The notes under the pieces were generated by a model that was not told the origin of the DNA, searched no databases, and was given only the letters and a program-made list of their open reading frames with translations. 64,000 bases of DNA from Candidatus Latescibacterota bacterium. Its GTDB lineage: Bacteria > Latescibacterota > UBA2968 > UBA8231. The position numbers and the translations under genes were made by a program. The stretch is taken from positions 736,001 through 800,000 of the forward strand of contig OZ241889.1 of the NCBI GenBank assembly GCA_965203355.1, written 5' to 3'. Below, piece by piece: positions 38,119 through 47,699 of this stretch (position 1 is its first letter; the number at the start of each line of letters is the position of its first letter).

Positions 38119-38772
38119 ATGGCCCCTGAAACATCTGAGATAACCACCCGCGACGTGTTGCAGCAGATCGACCGCCGCTTGGAACTGATTGAAAGCGACG
38201 TGCGAGTGGTCAGCGAGAAGTTGGATGTGTCGGTTCAGACGCTGAATGACAAGATTGACACGTCGGTTCAGACACTGCGCGATGAAGGTGCGTCGTCGGT
38301 TCAGACGCTGTGCGCTGAGAATGCGTCGTCGTATCGGAGTCTGCACGAGAAGTGGGATGCGTCGGTTCAGACGTTGCGCGATGAAAGTGCGTCGTCCTTT
38401 CAGACGTTGCGTGATGAGAATGCGTCGTCATATCGGAGTCTGAATGACAAGATTGACACGTCGGTTCAGACGCTTCGTGATGAAAGTGCGTCGTCCTTTC
38501 AGACGCTGAATGACAAGATTGACACGTCGGTTCAGACGCTGCGCGATGAAAGTGCGTCGTCCTTTCAGACGCTGCGTGCTGAGAATGCGGCGTCATATCG
38601 GAGTCTGAACGAGAAGTGGGATGCGTCAGAGCGCAATTTGAACAATAAGTACGACGCGATCGTGCGCGATTTCCACGACAAGCTAGGGACCTATTTCCGC
38701 TGGACCATCGGCATTGTGCTAGCTAGCTGGCTGTCCACTATGGGCGCGATCCTGTTCAAAGGTTCATTGTAG
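38119..38772 (+). CDS. Hendecad-repeat coiled-coil protein with C-terminal membrane anchor (Bdr/DUF1640-like architecture)
   Basis: RBS AAGGAG; 12-13 repeats of 11 aa including DKID; C-terminal FRWTIGIVLASWL. Confidence 0.8.
   Translation: MAPETSEITTRDVLQQIDRRLELIESDVRVVSEKLDVSVQTLNDKIDTSVQTLRDEGASSVQTLCAENASSYRSLHEKWDASVQTLRDESASSFQTLRDENASSYRSLNDKIDTSVQTLRDESASSFQTLNDKIDTSVQTLRDESASSFQTLRAENAASYRSLNEKWDASERNLNNKYDAIVRDFHDKLGTYFRWTIGIVLASWLSTMGAILFKGSL
38230..38625 (+). repeat. Intragenic 33-bp tandem repeat, 12 units
   Basis: Unit e.g. TCGGTTCAGACGCTGAATGACAAGATTGACACG with mosaic variants. Confidence 0.9.
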
Positions 38773-38818
38773 CCTACTCTTACTCCCAACTACTGCGACT
38801 ACCTGCCATATCACCTCG

Positions 38819-38950
38819 CTAGTCGAACCGCGGGTCCTCGCGAGCATCGCCAATGCGCTCCAAAGCCGCGGCCGCATTGGCGCGGGCCTAGCGGTCCTCG
38901 TCGCCGACGTTTTCGCGCAGAGCAAGATCGGCATCGACGACGCACTCGAC
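38819..38950 (-). pseudogene. HEAT-repeat relic
   Basis: LRENVGDEDR*ARANAAAALERIG resembles PBS-lyase HEAT repeats and contains an internal stop. Confidence 0.5.
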
Positions 38951-39016
38951 GCGGCGTTTTAATTCTGCATAGAGGGCGGCACAAAAACTAGCTGCTTCCC
39001 GAACAAAGGAGGGATT

Positions 39017-40777
39017 GTGTCGGGTCTGGATTACGCACTGATGGCACTCTACATGCTCTTCTTGGTGGGGATGGGACTGTACTACAGGAGATTCGCCCAA
39101 GAGAGCATGGAAAACTACTTCTTGGGTGGGCGCAAAATGAAGGGATGGATGAGCGGCACCAGCTATGCGGTCACCTGCATGAACGCCGACGTGGCACCAG
39201 CGTACTGCGGCATGACAGTCATCACAGGGACCTTTATCTGCTGGTGGTATTTGAGCCGCTTCGGGCTGGCGCTGATGATCGGTGGGCTGCTCTTTGCCGC
39301 GTGCTGGCGGCGGTTGAAAATTTTTACCTCGCCGGAATTTTACGAGCTCCGCTTTGGCGGTGCGGCTGCGCCGACGATGCGTGCTTGGGTCTCGATGCGC
39401 AGTGCTTTTGTCGCAGTGGTAGCTTGGACCGGAGCCGGGCTTTTGGGGCTGACCAAAGTGTCCGAGGCGCTCTTGGGCTGGTCGCGCTTTGAGACCTTTT
39501 TGCTGGTTGTTCCGATCATCTTGGTCTATGTGGTGCTCTCCGGCTACATGGGCGTGGTGATGTCGGATTTGATCCAGACCGCGATCATGGTCGCATCCTC
39601 ACTGGTGCTGATGGGCTTGGTCTGGGACGATTTCGGCGGGCCGAAAGGACTCTATCAGGCACTGGTAACGCAGTTCGGGGAAGGGGTCGTTAGCTGGCAT
39701 CCGCCGATGAGTCACGAGCTTTTAGGGGTGGTGGGGATTATCGCGTGGACGATGGGAACCGCGATCGGCTATGGCGGCGACGTAGCCCCGATGGCTGGAG
39801 CGATGGAAGGCCAACGGCTGCTCTCGTGTCGCAACAGCCGCGAGGCAACGCGGATGTACGTCTGGACCGAGATCGTGCTCTTCCTAATGCTAGCCGTGCT
39901 GACCCTGCCGGCTCTCGGAGCGATGGTCAAATGGCCGGGCCTGCACGACGGCAGCATGGACAAGGAACTGGCCTACGGTCTCTTGTTGGGCCACTATCTG
40001 CCCTCGGGTCTGCTGGGGTTGGCGCTGGTGGCGATGTTCGCTTCCATCATGTCCACGGTAGATTCCAACATGAACTTCGGGGCCCAAGTCTTTATCAACG
40101 ACGTGTATCGGCGCTTTGTCAAACGCGGCGCGGCGATGAGCCACTACATGAGCGTTGGTCGGGTGGTGATGCTGGCGATCATGGGCCTCTCACTGGCTGT
40201 CGCGCTACAGGCCGAGAACGTCATCGATATCGCGGTCTTCATGCTTGGGCTTTCCTCAGCCGAACTGACGGCCAACTGGGGCCAGTGGTGGTGGTGGCGC
40301 TTTAACGGCAAGGCGCGACTGGCCGCCTCGTTCGGCGGGCCGGTGGTCTTTCTCTTAAACAAGTATGTGATTTTCGTCCATTTGATTGACGCGGGGCAAG
40401 ATGCGGCGTATGCGATAGTTCTCTCGTCAATTGTCGCGACGTGCTTGCTCTGGATTGCAGTGGCACTTTGTACCAAGCCAGAGCCAGAGGAGAAGCTCTT
40501 GGCCTTCTACAAAGAGGCGCGGCCGATGGGATGGTGGGGGCCGATCGCGGACAAGGCGGGCGTTGAGACCGGGGGCGGCGCACCGATCGCGCACGGCTTG
40601 GGTCTCGCCCTGCTTGGTGCAGTGGCTGTGGGAGGGGGCATTATCGGTTTTTCGGGGTTTTACGTTGGGCGTTGGACAGTGGCGTTGCTCGGGGGTTTGG
40701 TGGCATTGGTGCTGGGGGTCGCGTTGCGCGGAGCGTTCGCGAGATATATGCGCCGAGTGGGGGCGGACGAAGAGTAA
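39017..40777 (+). CDS. Sodium:solute symporter (SSS) family transporter
   Basis: YFLGGR, EFYELRFGG, GVVMSDLIQ, QRLLSC, ASIMSTVDS, NDVYRR. Confidence 0.93.
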   Translation: MSGLDYALMALYMLFLVGMGLYYRRFAQESMENYFLGGRKMKGWMSGTSYAVTCMNADVAPAYCGMTVITGTFICWWYLSRFGLALMIGGLLFAACWRRLKIFTSPEFYELRFGGAAAPTMRAWVSMRSAFVAVVAWTGAGLLGLTKVSEALLGWSRFETFLLVVPIILVYVVLSGYMGVVMSDLIQTAIMVASSLVLMGLVWDDFGGPKGLYQALVTQFGEGVVSWHPPMSHELLGVVGIIAWTMGTAIGYGGDVAPMAGAMEGQRLLSCRNSREATRMYVWTEIVLFLMLAVLTLPALGAMVKWPGLHDGSMDKELAYGLLLGHYLPSGLLGLALVAMFASIMSTVDSNMNFGAQVFINDVYRRFVKRGAAMSHYMSVGRVVMLAIMGLSLAVALQAENVIDIAVFMLGLSSAELTANWGQWWWWRFNGKARLAASFGGPVVFLLNKYVIFVHLIDAGQDAAYAIVLSSIVATCLLWIAVALCTKPEPEEKLLAFYKEARPMGWWGPIADKAGVETGGGAPIAHGLGLALLGAVAVGGGIIGFSGFYVGRWTVALLGGLVALVLGVALRGAFARYMRRVGADEE

Positions 40778-40860
40778 CGATACAGTACTGCAATCGGATT
40801 GAAGCGAGCGCAGTAACTGGACAAGGGAGCGGACGAAGGATGACGATACAGTACTGCAAT
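40763..40860. repeat. 32-bp imperfect direct repeat (period 66) duplicating the SSS gene 3' end
   Basis: 40763-40794 vs 40829-40860, 3 mismatches; both contain the palindrome CAGTACTG. Confidence 0.8.
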
Positions 40861-40895
40861 TCCCACCCGGAACAAAGGCCGCGATGTCCACGTAG

Positions 40896-41684
40896 CTACG
40901 GTGCTTCTGGTGCTGGACGCGGTGCTGGCATCGCTGAGAAGGCGTCCTCGCCTTCACCCGCGGTGATGGCAGAAAACTGCACGTATCCCCACATGTGCGG
41001 TTCGTGCATGTTGATCACCCCCATCGGCGACCACACCCAATTGTCGCAGGGTACGCCCTCTTTCTTCAAATAACCGCTCTTGTAGCATTCGAACTCCCAT
41101 TCGACGCGAGAGAAGTTGACCCGCCAGCGGTCGCCGGGGTTGGGCGGGCAGGCGGTACCGGCGTATTTTTCCATGCTGCTCCAAGGGATAGCCACCTCTG
41201 CCGACCAACCCCGATCTATATCGTCCGAGCAATTGAGGGTGCCGTCGATCTGCACGGCGTGCTTGATGCCTTCAAAGTCGAAGCCCCAATCGGCCTCGCC
41301 GCCTCGGTTGTATTGCTTGGGTAGGTAGAGGTCCCAAGCCACGTTGAGCGGGTTGATCTCAAATTCCATATAGTGTTCGCCATCGTCGTCTGGGTCGATG
41401 AAAATCTCGAAGTCGTTGTCGTTGCAAATGACCGAGTCGCGCTTAGTCAGCGTACCCCATACGTGCGGCTCTTCCATATCGGCACCAAAGTAGAAATAGT
41501 CGTCGTCCCACAGCATGGCGACCCGGGTGGCGAAGCGGGGCAGGGGCTTCTTATCCCCTTCGATATCGACGAACAAAGGGGTGCGGGATGTGCGCTTCCA
41601 GGACGCTTCGGTGAGGTGGCCGTCGATGGTGAGTGTTTCTTTGGCGCGGTAGCACATGTATTGCTCGGGAATGATCAGGCTCAT
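40896..41684 (-). CDS. Carbohydrate-binding family 9-like protein
   Basis: IDGHL.E.SW, FVDIEG, MLWDDDYFY, DNDFEIFIDP, FEINPLN, WRVNFSRVEW, NWVWSP.GVINMH.P. Confidence 0.88.
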   Translation of the reverse strand: MSLIIPEQYMCYRAKETLTIDGHLTEASWKRTSRTPLFVDIEGDKKPLPRFATRVAMLWDDDYFYFGADMEEPHVWGTLTKRDSVICNDNDFEIFIDPDDDGEHYMEFEINPLNVAWDLYLPKQYNRGGEADWGFDFEGIKHAVQIDGTLNCSDDIDRGWSAEVAIPWSSMEKYAGTACPPNPGDRWRVNFSRVEWEFECYKSGYLKKEGVPCDNWVWSPMGVINMHEPHMWGYVQFSAITAGEGEDAFSAMPAPRPAPEAP

Positions 41685-41699
41685 TGAGTGTCTCCTTGG

Positions 41700-41967
41700 T
41701 TTTGAGAATAGGCTGAGTGAGATACGAGAAGCGCAATCGCTGCTCGCGCGGATCGTCAAAATTGTCTGGGGCTAACCAAGCCTCCGGCTCCAGCCACTCC
41801 GCATCAATCGCTGCGTACTACGTAGTGTCCCGGTTGCGCCCGTTATAGACCCTTGCTTGGCGAAAGATTCCCTCAAACGAAAGTCCCAGACGTTGAGCGG
41901 CTGCCCGCGATGCTTGGTTCAAGTTGTCGCATTTCCACGAATAGTACCGATAGCCCAATTCAAATGC
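41700..41967 (-). pseudogene. C-terminal relic of a RimJ/RimL-type GNAT acetyltransferase
   Basis: [37 protein letters not shown]...GRNRDTT*YAAIDAEW..WLAPDNFD; TAG at 41818-41820 where the family has Trp. Confidence 0.8.
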
Positions 41968-42213
41968 CTACTTCGGCTGTCCGAGTCTATTAGTGCGGTA
42001 GTTTTGCGGCGGCTCAAGCCAATCCGTTCCAGCCATCCGCCCCGGCACTCGTCTGCTGCTTGAAAGGCAAAGACAGATTCACTACCTTGCGCCAACACAA
42101 TCTAACGCCCGCCCTGGGCTTAGCAAAGGCCCGCCGCCGAAGCGGTTTGGACGGCTTGGGTGCTTTTGAAGAGTGTTGGGAAGTTCGTAGAAATTTTAGC
42201 GGAGGAGTTTCCG

Positions 42214-43656
42214 ATGGCGGATTCAATTCATTTGTTGAGCGACGAAGAGGTACAGCGGTTTATCGTGGATGGATGTCTAACTGTGCAGGCGGCTTATCCT
42301 CCCGCCTTTCACGCCGGTATTCGCGATCAGATCGAGGCGGTTTTCGCGGAAGAAGGCAATCCCGGAAATAACATTTTGCCTCGGGTTCCGCAGATCGGGC
42401 GCGTGTTTGAACACCCCAATGTACAGGGTGCTCTGACCAGTTTATTGGGGCCAGATTACATTTTGAATCCCCATCGACATTGCCACTTGAATCCGCCTGG
42501 GCGCAGAGGACAGCAATGGCACAAGGATTGTTATGTGTACGATCACAATTTGCGGCATCCGAGATTTTATTGGGTGCTCGCTTTTTACTTTCCGCAAGAT
42601 ACGACAGAGGATATGGGGCCGTCGGGGGTGTTGCCCGGGATGCAGATGTACAAAACCATTAGCGATGCGGATCCCGAGCAAACGCAGGAAGAAGCGCGGG
42701 CATTTTGCGGTCCTGCGGGGACGGTGGCACTCATTCACTTTGATTCTTGGCATCGCGCAACAGAGAATGTCAGTGCTAAAAATCGGTATATGCTGAAGTT
42801 TCAGTTTGCGCGGACGCGGGAGCCAGAGAAACCGACTTGGAATCATCAAAGTCGCACGTGGTCGCCCGGCATTGAGGATCGGCATCCGGCCATATCGCGC
42901 GACGTCTGGCACTGGTTGTGCAGAAAGCCCCCAAAGAAACACCAGCCTCCAAATGACAATATGAAAGACTTGCTCTCGGTCTTAAAGCGCGGATCAGAGT
43001 GCGATCGATTGGACGCGGCGTATGGGCTGGCCGAGTTTGGTGCGCCGGCCGTGCCTGAACTCGTCGCCGCCATGCGGGAGGAAGCACTGGCCGCGATTGA
43101 AGAGACCGAGGCCAAAACGCCGGACAATGCCCACGGAACGAATCCCACGAGTGGTTGTGCGGCGCTGGCACTGGCGTCAATAGGCGAACCGGCCGCCGGG
43201 GCTTTGGCGGGGATGTTGTCCGATGAGCACTGGTGGGTGCGAGCGGTCGCCGCCCATGTGTTGGGACGCTTGGGCGCGAGCGCAATGGAGGCAGAACCCG
43301 CTCTGAGAAAGGCGATGTGCGATCGCCACTGGTGGGTGCGCCGCAATGCGATTGAGGCTTTGGGTGCCGTTGGCGTTTTTTCCGCTGCGCTGATTGTCGA
43401 CCTGACAGACGCGCTGGGCGATGAGGACTACCGCGTGCGCCGCAATGCCGCGCTGACCTTGGCCAAGTGTGGCGAGGCGGGTTGTATCGCGCTTGAGGCA
43501 TTGCGCGAGATGCTCGATGACGAGAATCGCTACAACCGATTTTACGCCGCCTATGGGTTAAAACAAATTGACACGCCCGATGCACGGGACATTTTGCTCC
43601 GCTCCCTTTTCAACACGCGCTGGTGCTCCATTACGACAAAAGACGATCTCTATTGA
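42214..43656 (+). CDS. PhyH dioxygenase fused to C-terminal HEAT repeats
   Basis: HRHCH, WHKD, FYFPQDT..MGP, WHR, RYMLKF; repeats DEHWWVR, DRHWWVRRNA, DEDYRVRRNA, DENRYNR. Confidence 0.9.
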   Translation: MADSIHLLSDEEVQRFIVDGCLTVQAAYPPAFHAGIRDQIEAVFAEEGNPGNNILPRVPQIGRVFEHPNVQGALTSLLGPDYILNPHRHCHLNPPGRRGQQWHKDCYVYDHNLRHPRFYWVLAFYFPQDTTEDMGPSGVLPGMQMYKTISDADPEQTQEEARAFCGPAGTVALIHFDSWHRATENVSAKNRYMLKFQFARTREPEKPTWNHQSRTWSPGIEDRHPAISRDVWHWLCRKPPKKHQPPNDNMKDLLSVLKRGSECDRLDAAYGLAEFGAPAVPELVAAMREEALAAIEETEAKTPDNAHGTNPTSGCAALALASIGEPAAGALAGMLSDEHWWVRAVAAHVLGRLGASAMEAEPALRKAMCDRHWWVRRNAIEALGAVGVFSAALIVDLTDALGDEDYRVRRNAALTLAKCGEAGCIALEALREMLDDENRYNRFYAAYGLKQIDTPDARDILLRSLFNTRWCSITTKDDLY

Positions 43657-43688
43657 GTCCCGACCACAGGCAAAAAAAGGATGCTTCC

Positions 43689-44783
43689 ATGTCCGAACAC
43701 ATTACCATTCTCGGCGGCGGCAATACGGCATTTGCCACGGCGGCAAATCTGACCCTGAAAGGTTTTGATATTACGCTTTGCGAACTGCCAGAGTTTGGGT
43801 ACACACTCGATCCAGTACGCGACCAAGGCGTGATTCACTTGGTGGGGGTTGAAGAGACGGGAGCGGCAAAAATTCACTGCATGACCACGGATATTGGAGC
43901 GGCACTGAATGCGTCTGACTTGATCCTGTTAATCGCGCCGGCGTATGCCCACAAACCATTTGCCATGGCCTGCGCCCCCCATCTCAGAGCCGAACACATG
44001 GTCGTGCTGATGCCGGGCACATGGGGCACATTGGAATGGGCGACGCTATTGCGCGACCAAGGAGTAGCAGACATCGTGCTTGCGGAGGTGGATACCGCGC
44101 CTTACGTGTGTCGGAAAACAGCGCCGGATACCGCGACGATTTGGGGTGCCGTGACGGGCTTGGGCTTGGGGGTGTTGCCAGCGACCGCAACAGGCCGCGT
44201 GTGCGCTCGTTTGTCGCCGCTGTTCCCGGGCATTCAGACTTATCCCACTGTGATGCCCTGTGGTTTGTCTGCGATGAATCCGGTCGTGCATCCTGCGGGC
44301 GTGTTGATGAACGCGGGACGAATCGAGTATTCGCACGGTGAGTTCTATTTCTACGAAGAAGGGGTGTCTCCATCGGTGGCAGCGACGATCATGGCTGTGG
44401 ATGCAGAGCGGCGGGCCATTGCAACCGCTTTGGGTTGCGATATCGTAGCGGCCGATGAAGCGTTTTACCGGGCGGGTTTTGGCCCTCGGGGGGATTTGTG
44501 GGCAACGATCAATGGCAGCCGAATGCTCACGCAACTCAAAGCGCCCGGTTCGCTCGAAAGCCGCTGGCTCAGCGAGGATATTCCATACGGTCTTTCAACT
44601 TGGCACGATGTGGGCGCGCAATACGGCGTGGACGCGCCTTTGATGCGCGGGTTGGTGGATATCGGGTCCGTAGTGATGGGAACTGATGGGTGGGCCACGG
44701 GGCGGAGTGTGCGCGAACTGGGCATTGAGGGCATGGACTTGGATACCTTAAATGCGTTTTTGCAAACGGGTCTTGCACTGTGA
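43689..44783 (+). CDS. NAD/NADP octopine/nopaline (opine) dehydrogenase family protein
   Basis: GGGNTA, PAYAH, PG, NPVVHP..LMNAGRIE, FYFY.EG, DAER, RWLSEDIPYGL. Confidence 0.9.
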   Translation: MSEHITILGGGNTAFATAANLTLKGFDITLCELPEFGYTLDPVRDQGVIHLVGVEETGAAKIHCMTTDIGAALNASDLILLIAPAYAHKPFAMACAPHLRAEHMVVLMPGTWGTLEWATLLRDQGVADIVLAEVDTAPYVCRKTAPDTATIWGAVTGLGLGVLPATATGRVCARLSPLFPGIQTYPTVMPCGLSAMNPVVHPAGVLMNAGRIEYSHGEFYFYEEGVSPSVAATIMAVDAERRAIATALGCDIVAADEAFYRAGFGPRGDLWATINGSRMLTQLKAPGSLESRWLSEDIPYGLSTWHDVGAQYGVDAPLMRGLVDIGSVVMGTDGWATGRSVRELGIEGMDLDTLNAFLQTGLAL

Positions 44784-45782
44784 ATGCGAATCGCGGAAAC
44801 AAGCCGGTCGGAGTCTAAGCAAGCCCTGCTCCCAGTACCAGTTGATCGTCCGCGTCAATCCTTCCTCTTGGTCTGTGTAGGCCAGCCCCAACTCAGCGGC
44901 GGCCCGGCTTCCGTCGGCGCGAAAACCGTGCGCGGCGAGGCGATAGGTTTCCCACGACAGGACGGGCGGGCTGCGGGTTAGGCGCGACAGGGCCTCGCCG
45001 CCGAGCGCGTAGGGAGCGGCCAGTGGAGCGGGTATGGTCGGCGGCGATCGGCGCCCGGCCAGTTGACAGACCAATTGGCCGAGTTCGGTCAGTTGGCCGA
45101 CTATGCTCGCGAGTATATAGCGTTCCCCGATGCGGCCCTTTTCAGCCGCCAGCACGTGCCCTCGCGCCGCGTCGTCAAGGTACACCAAGCTCATCCAGCC
45201 GGGAAAGAGCGCGGGCACCCGGCCGTTGAGCAGGTTAATGATAAAGCGCCCGGAGGGCTTGCGATCACCCGGACCGTAGATGGCAGCGGGCTGGACGCAA
45301 ATGAGCGGCACTCCTTTATCTGCATACGCGAACGCCACCTGCTCGGCGGCGCGTTTAGCCTTTTCATAACTTGAGAGAAAGTAGCCGCGGTGAACCGTTG
45401 TCTCAGTGGCGATTTGGCCTTTGGCCTCGCCAATGCAGGCGGCGGTACTGGTATAGACGACCTTGCCGACGCCGACCGCCAACGCCGCCGCCATGGCATT
45501 GCGGGTCCCCTCGGTTTCAGTGGCCAAGAGTTCGGCCTCGTCCAACCCCCACAAATCGTAGAGGGCCGCGGCGTGGAAGAGGGTATCGCAACCTGCGAGC
45601 GCGGCTTCGATGCTAGCGCGAACGAGGATGTCGCCGCGGACGATTTCGACGCCTAGCCCCTCCAGTGCCTCGGTCTGACTAGTGGGTCGCGCCAGCACCC
45701 GGACGTGAGCACCGCCAGCGATGAGCGCACGGACCAAGGCCCCGCCGATAAAGCCGGTGCCGCCAGTGACCAACGCCTTCAT
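44748..45782 (-). CDS. NAD-dependent epimerase/dehydratase (HpnA/DFR-like extended SDR)
   Basis: VTGGTGFIG, FHAAA, YTST, YEKAK, YGPGD.KP, GRIGERYIL. Confidence 0.92.
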   Translation of the reverse strand: MKALVTGGTGFIGGALVRALIAGGAHVRVLARPTSQTEALEGLGVEIVRGDILVRASIEAALAGCDTLFHAAALYDLWGLDEAELLATETEGTRNAMAAALAVGVGKVVYTSTAACIGEAKGQIATETTVHRGYFLSSYEKAKRAAEQVAFAYADKGVPLICVQPAAIYGPGDRKPSGRFIINLLNGRVPALFPGWMSLVYLDDAARGHVLAAEKGRIGERYILASIVGQLTELGQLVCQLAGRRSPPTIPAPLAAPYALGGEALSRLTRSPPVLSWETYRLAAHGFRADGSRAAAELGLAYTDQEEGLTRTINWYWEQGLLRLRPACFRDSHSQCKTRLQKRI

Positions 45783-45789
45783 TGAGCCG

Positions 45790-47082
45790 CTATAGGTCGT
45801 ATCCTACTTCGCCGTGCTCGCTCAAGTCGAGTCCATCGGCCTCGGTCTCTTCATTGACGCGCAGGCCGCTGGCTAAGTCGATGACCTTGAGAATGATAAA
45901 CGAGACGATTAGGGTGTAAACGGCTGTGCCGACGGCGGCGAAGGCTTGGATGCCGAACTGCTTGCCCATGTTGAGGCCCTCGACGGTGCCGCCTAAGGAG
46001 GTCGAGGCGAAGAAGGACACCAGCAAGACGCCGACCAAGCCACCGAAGCCGTGAACCCCTACTACATCGAGCGCGTCGTCGTACCCGCAGGTGCGCTTGA
46101 GCCAAGTGGCGGCCCAATAGGCGACGAGACCAGAGCACAGACCGATGGCAAAAGCACCGAGCGGCCCCACCGTGCCCGAGGCCGGAGTAATGGCCGCCAG
46201 ACCGGCGATCGCACCAGTGGCAAAACCGAGCGCACTGGGTTTGCCGTTTTTGATCCATTCGATGAAAATCCAAGTCAGCGCCGCGACGCTGGGCGAGATT
46301 TGGGTGACCACGACCGCCATGGCCGCCTGCCCATTAGCCGCCAAGGCACTGCCGCCGTTGAAGCCAAACCACCCCACCCAAAGCATGGCCGTGCCGACGA
46401 GGTTCATGGTCATATTGTGCGGAGGCATGGGCCGCTCGGGATAGCCGGTGCGCTTGCCGACGAGGATCGCGGCGACCAACGCGGCCGCCCCGGCGGTAAT
46501 GTGGACGACGATGCCGCCGGCAAAGTCAAAGACGCCCATTGCCTTCAAGTAGCCGCCCTCTCCCCAGACCATGTGCGTGATGGGCAGATAAACCAAAACG
46601 CACCACAGCCCACTAAACCACAGCACGGCCGAAAACTTCATGCGCTCGGCAAAGGCACCGACAAAAAGCCCGGGGGTGATAATGGCAAACGTCATCTGGA
46701 AGACGAAGAAGAGCAACTCCGGGATGGTCCCCACAAGGCTGTCCACAGTGACGCCATTGAGAAAGGACTTGGACAGGTTGCCGATGAAGGGGTTGCTGGC
46801 CGTAAAGGCCAAGCTATAACCGAAAATGGTCCACAAGACCGTGATCAGGGCCACAATCCCAAAGCAGTGCATATAGACCGACAGCACGTTGCGAGTGCGG
46901 ACCAAACCAGCGTAAAACATGGCCAAGCCGGGTATCATCATAAAGAGGACCAAGCCGGTGGAAATCAGAATCCAAGCCGTGTCGCCGGTGTCGAGCTTGT
47001 CTTCGGCGAAGGTAGCATTGGGCATTGCAAGAAAAGTAAGAGCGAGCAGGGCGAGGAGGCCCCATTTTCTGCGAACCAGCAT
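45790..47082 (-). CDS. amtB: Ammonium transporter
   Basis: GDTAW, FQMTFAIITP, DFAGGIVVH, LWVGWFGFNGGS, DDALDVVGVHG, GLDLSEHGE. Confidence 0.97.
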   Translation of the reverse strand: MLVRRKWGLLALLALTFLAMPNATFAEDKLDTGDTAWILISTGLVLFMMIPGLAMFYAGLVRTRNVLSVYMHCFGIVALITVLWTIFGYSLAFTASNPFIGNLSKSFLNGVTVDSLVGTIPELLFFVFQMTFAIITPGLFVGAFAERMKFSAVLWFSGLWCVLVYLPITHMVWGEGGYLKAMGVFDFAGGIVVHITAGAAALVAAILVGKRTGYPERPMPPHNMTMNLVGTAMLWVGWFGFNGGSALAANGQAAMAVVVTQISPSVAALTWIFIEWIKNGKPSALGFATGAIAGLAAITPASGTVGPLGAFAIGLCSGLVAYWAATWLKRTCGYDDALDVVGVHGFGGLVGVLLVSFFASTSLGGTVEGLNMGKQFGIQAFAAVGTAVYTLIVSFIILKVIDLASGLRVNEETEADGLDLSEHGEVGYDL

Positions 47083-47240
47083 GTCGAACCCCCTTTAGGT
47101 GCGAACTAAGTGGAATGTGTGCAGGAAAAAGATAAATAAGAAAATTTGGGCCGTTGCCCAAGCGTTGATTACAACTCTGTCAAACTAGCATGACAAAAAT
47201 GGCGAGGAAGGAGCGCGATTTTGCCGCGAAAGCAGCGGCG

Positions 47241-47699
47241 TTAGTGGAGTAATAGTTTGCGAATTGCCTGCTGTCGATAGGCAAAAATGCGTTTGAGCTG
47301 GAGTTTGACTAAAGGCAAACCGACTGCGCTCAGCGGCCACAGCGGTAGGCGGTAGAGGATGCGGTCGCCGATTACGGTGCCCTCGCTGCTTTCGGCGAAA
47401 GTATGGGTGTGGTGCCAAAAGCTATAGGGCCCCTTGAGTTGTTCGTCCACAAAAGCATGGGGCGGGTCCCAGCGTGCGATCCGCGAACGCCAAGTGAAAG
47501 GCAGGCCAAAGAGACTGAGCTGGTAGTCGATCAAGGTTCCCTCGGCGATGTCTATTGGCGTAGGGCTGATGATACGGAAACCCAACTCAGGCGGAGTAAT
47601 GCGCTCGAGATTTTGCGCCTCGGCGAAGAAGGCAAAGACCTCATCGCGCCCGAGGGGCAAGGTCATCGATGCTTCGAAAACGCGATTTTTAGGCAGCAT
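47241..47699 (-). CDS. SRPBCC/cyclase-fold protein
   Basis: VFAFF...NLERITPP, W.SRI..W.PP..FVDEQ.KGPY..W.H.H.F, IFAYR. Confidence 0.88.
   Translation of the reverse strand: MLPKNRVFEASMTLPLGRDEVFAFFAEAQNLERITPPELGFRIISPTPIDIAEGTLIDYQLSLFGLPFTWRSRIARWDPPHAFVDEQLKGPYSFWHHTHTFAESSEGTVIGDRILYRLPLWPLSAVGLPLVKLQLKRIFAYRQQAIRKLLLH

Noticed and set aside
38230-38625. CRISPR array
   Set aside because: The 33-bp units are contiguous, in frame and coding, with no unique spacers.
40763-40860. CRISPR mini-array (32-bp repeat, 34-bp spacer)
   Set aside because: Only two imperfect units, the first overlaps a CDS end, and there is no leader or cas gene; kept only as a duplication.
46051-47109. 352-aa plus-strand ORF, and similar long ORFs such as 55837-57249, 1540-2412 and 24405-25271
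   Set aside because: Alternative-frame or antisense shadows of well-supported genes, expected in high-GC DNA.
45790-47240. amtB without an adjacent glnK, or a sigma54 promoter
   Set aside because: No convincing -24/-12 motif found, and a solitary amtB is not rare enough to flag.
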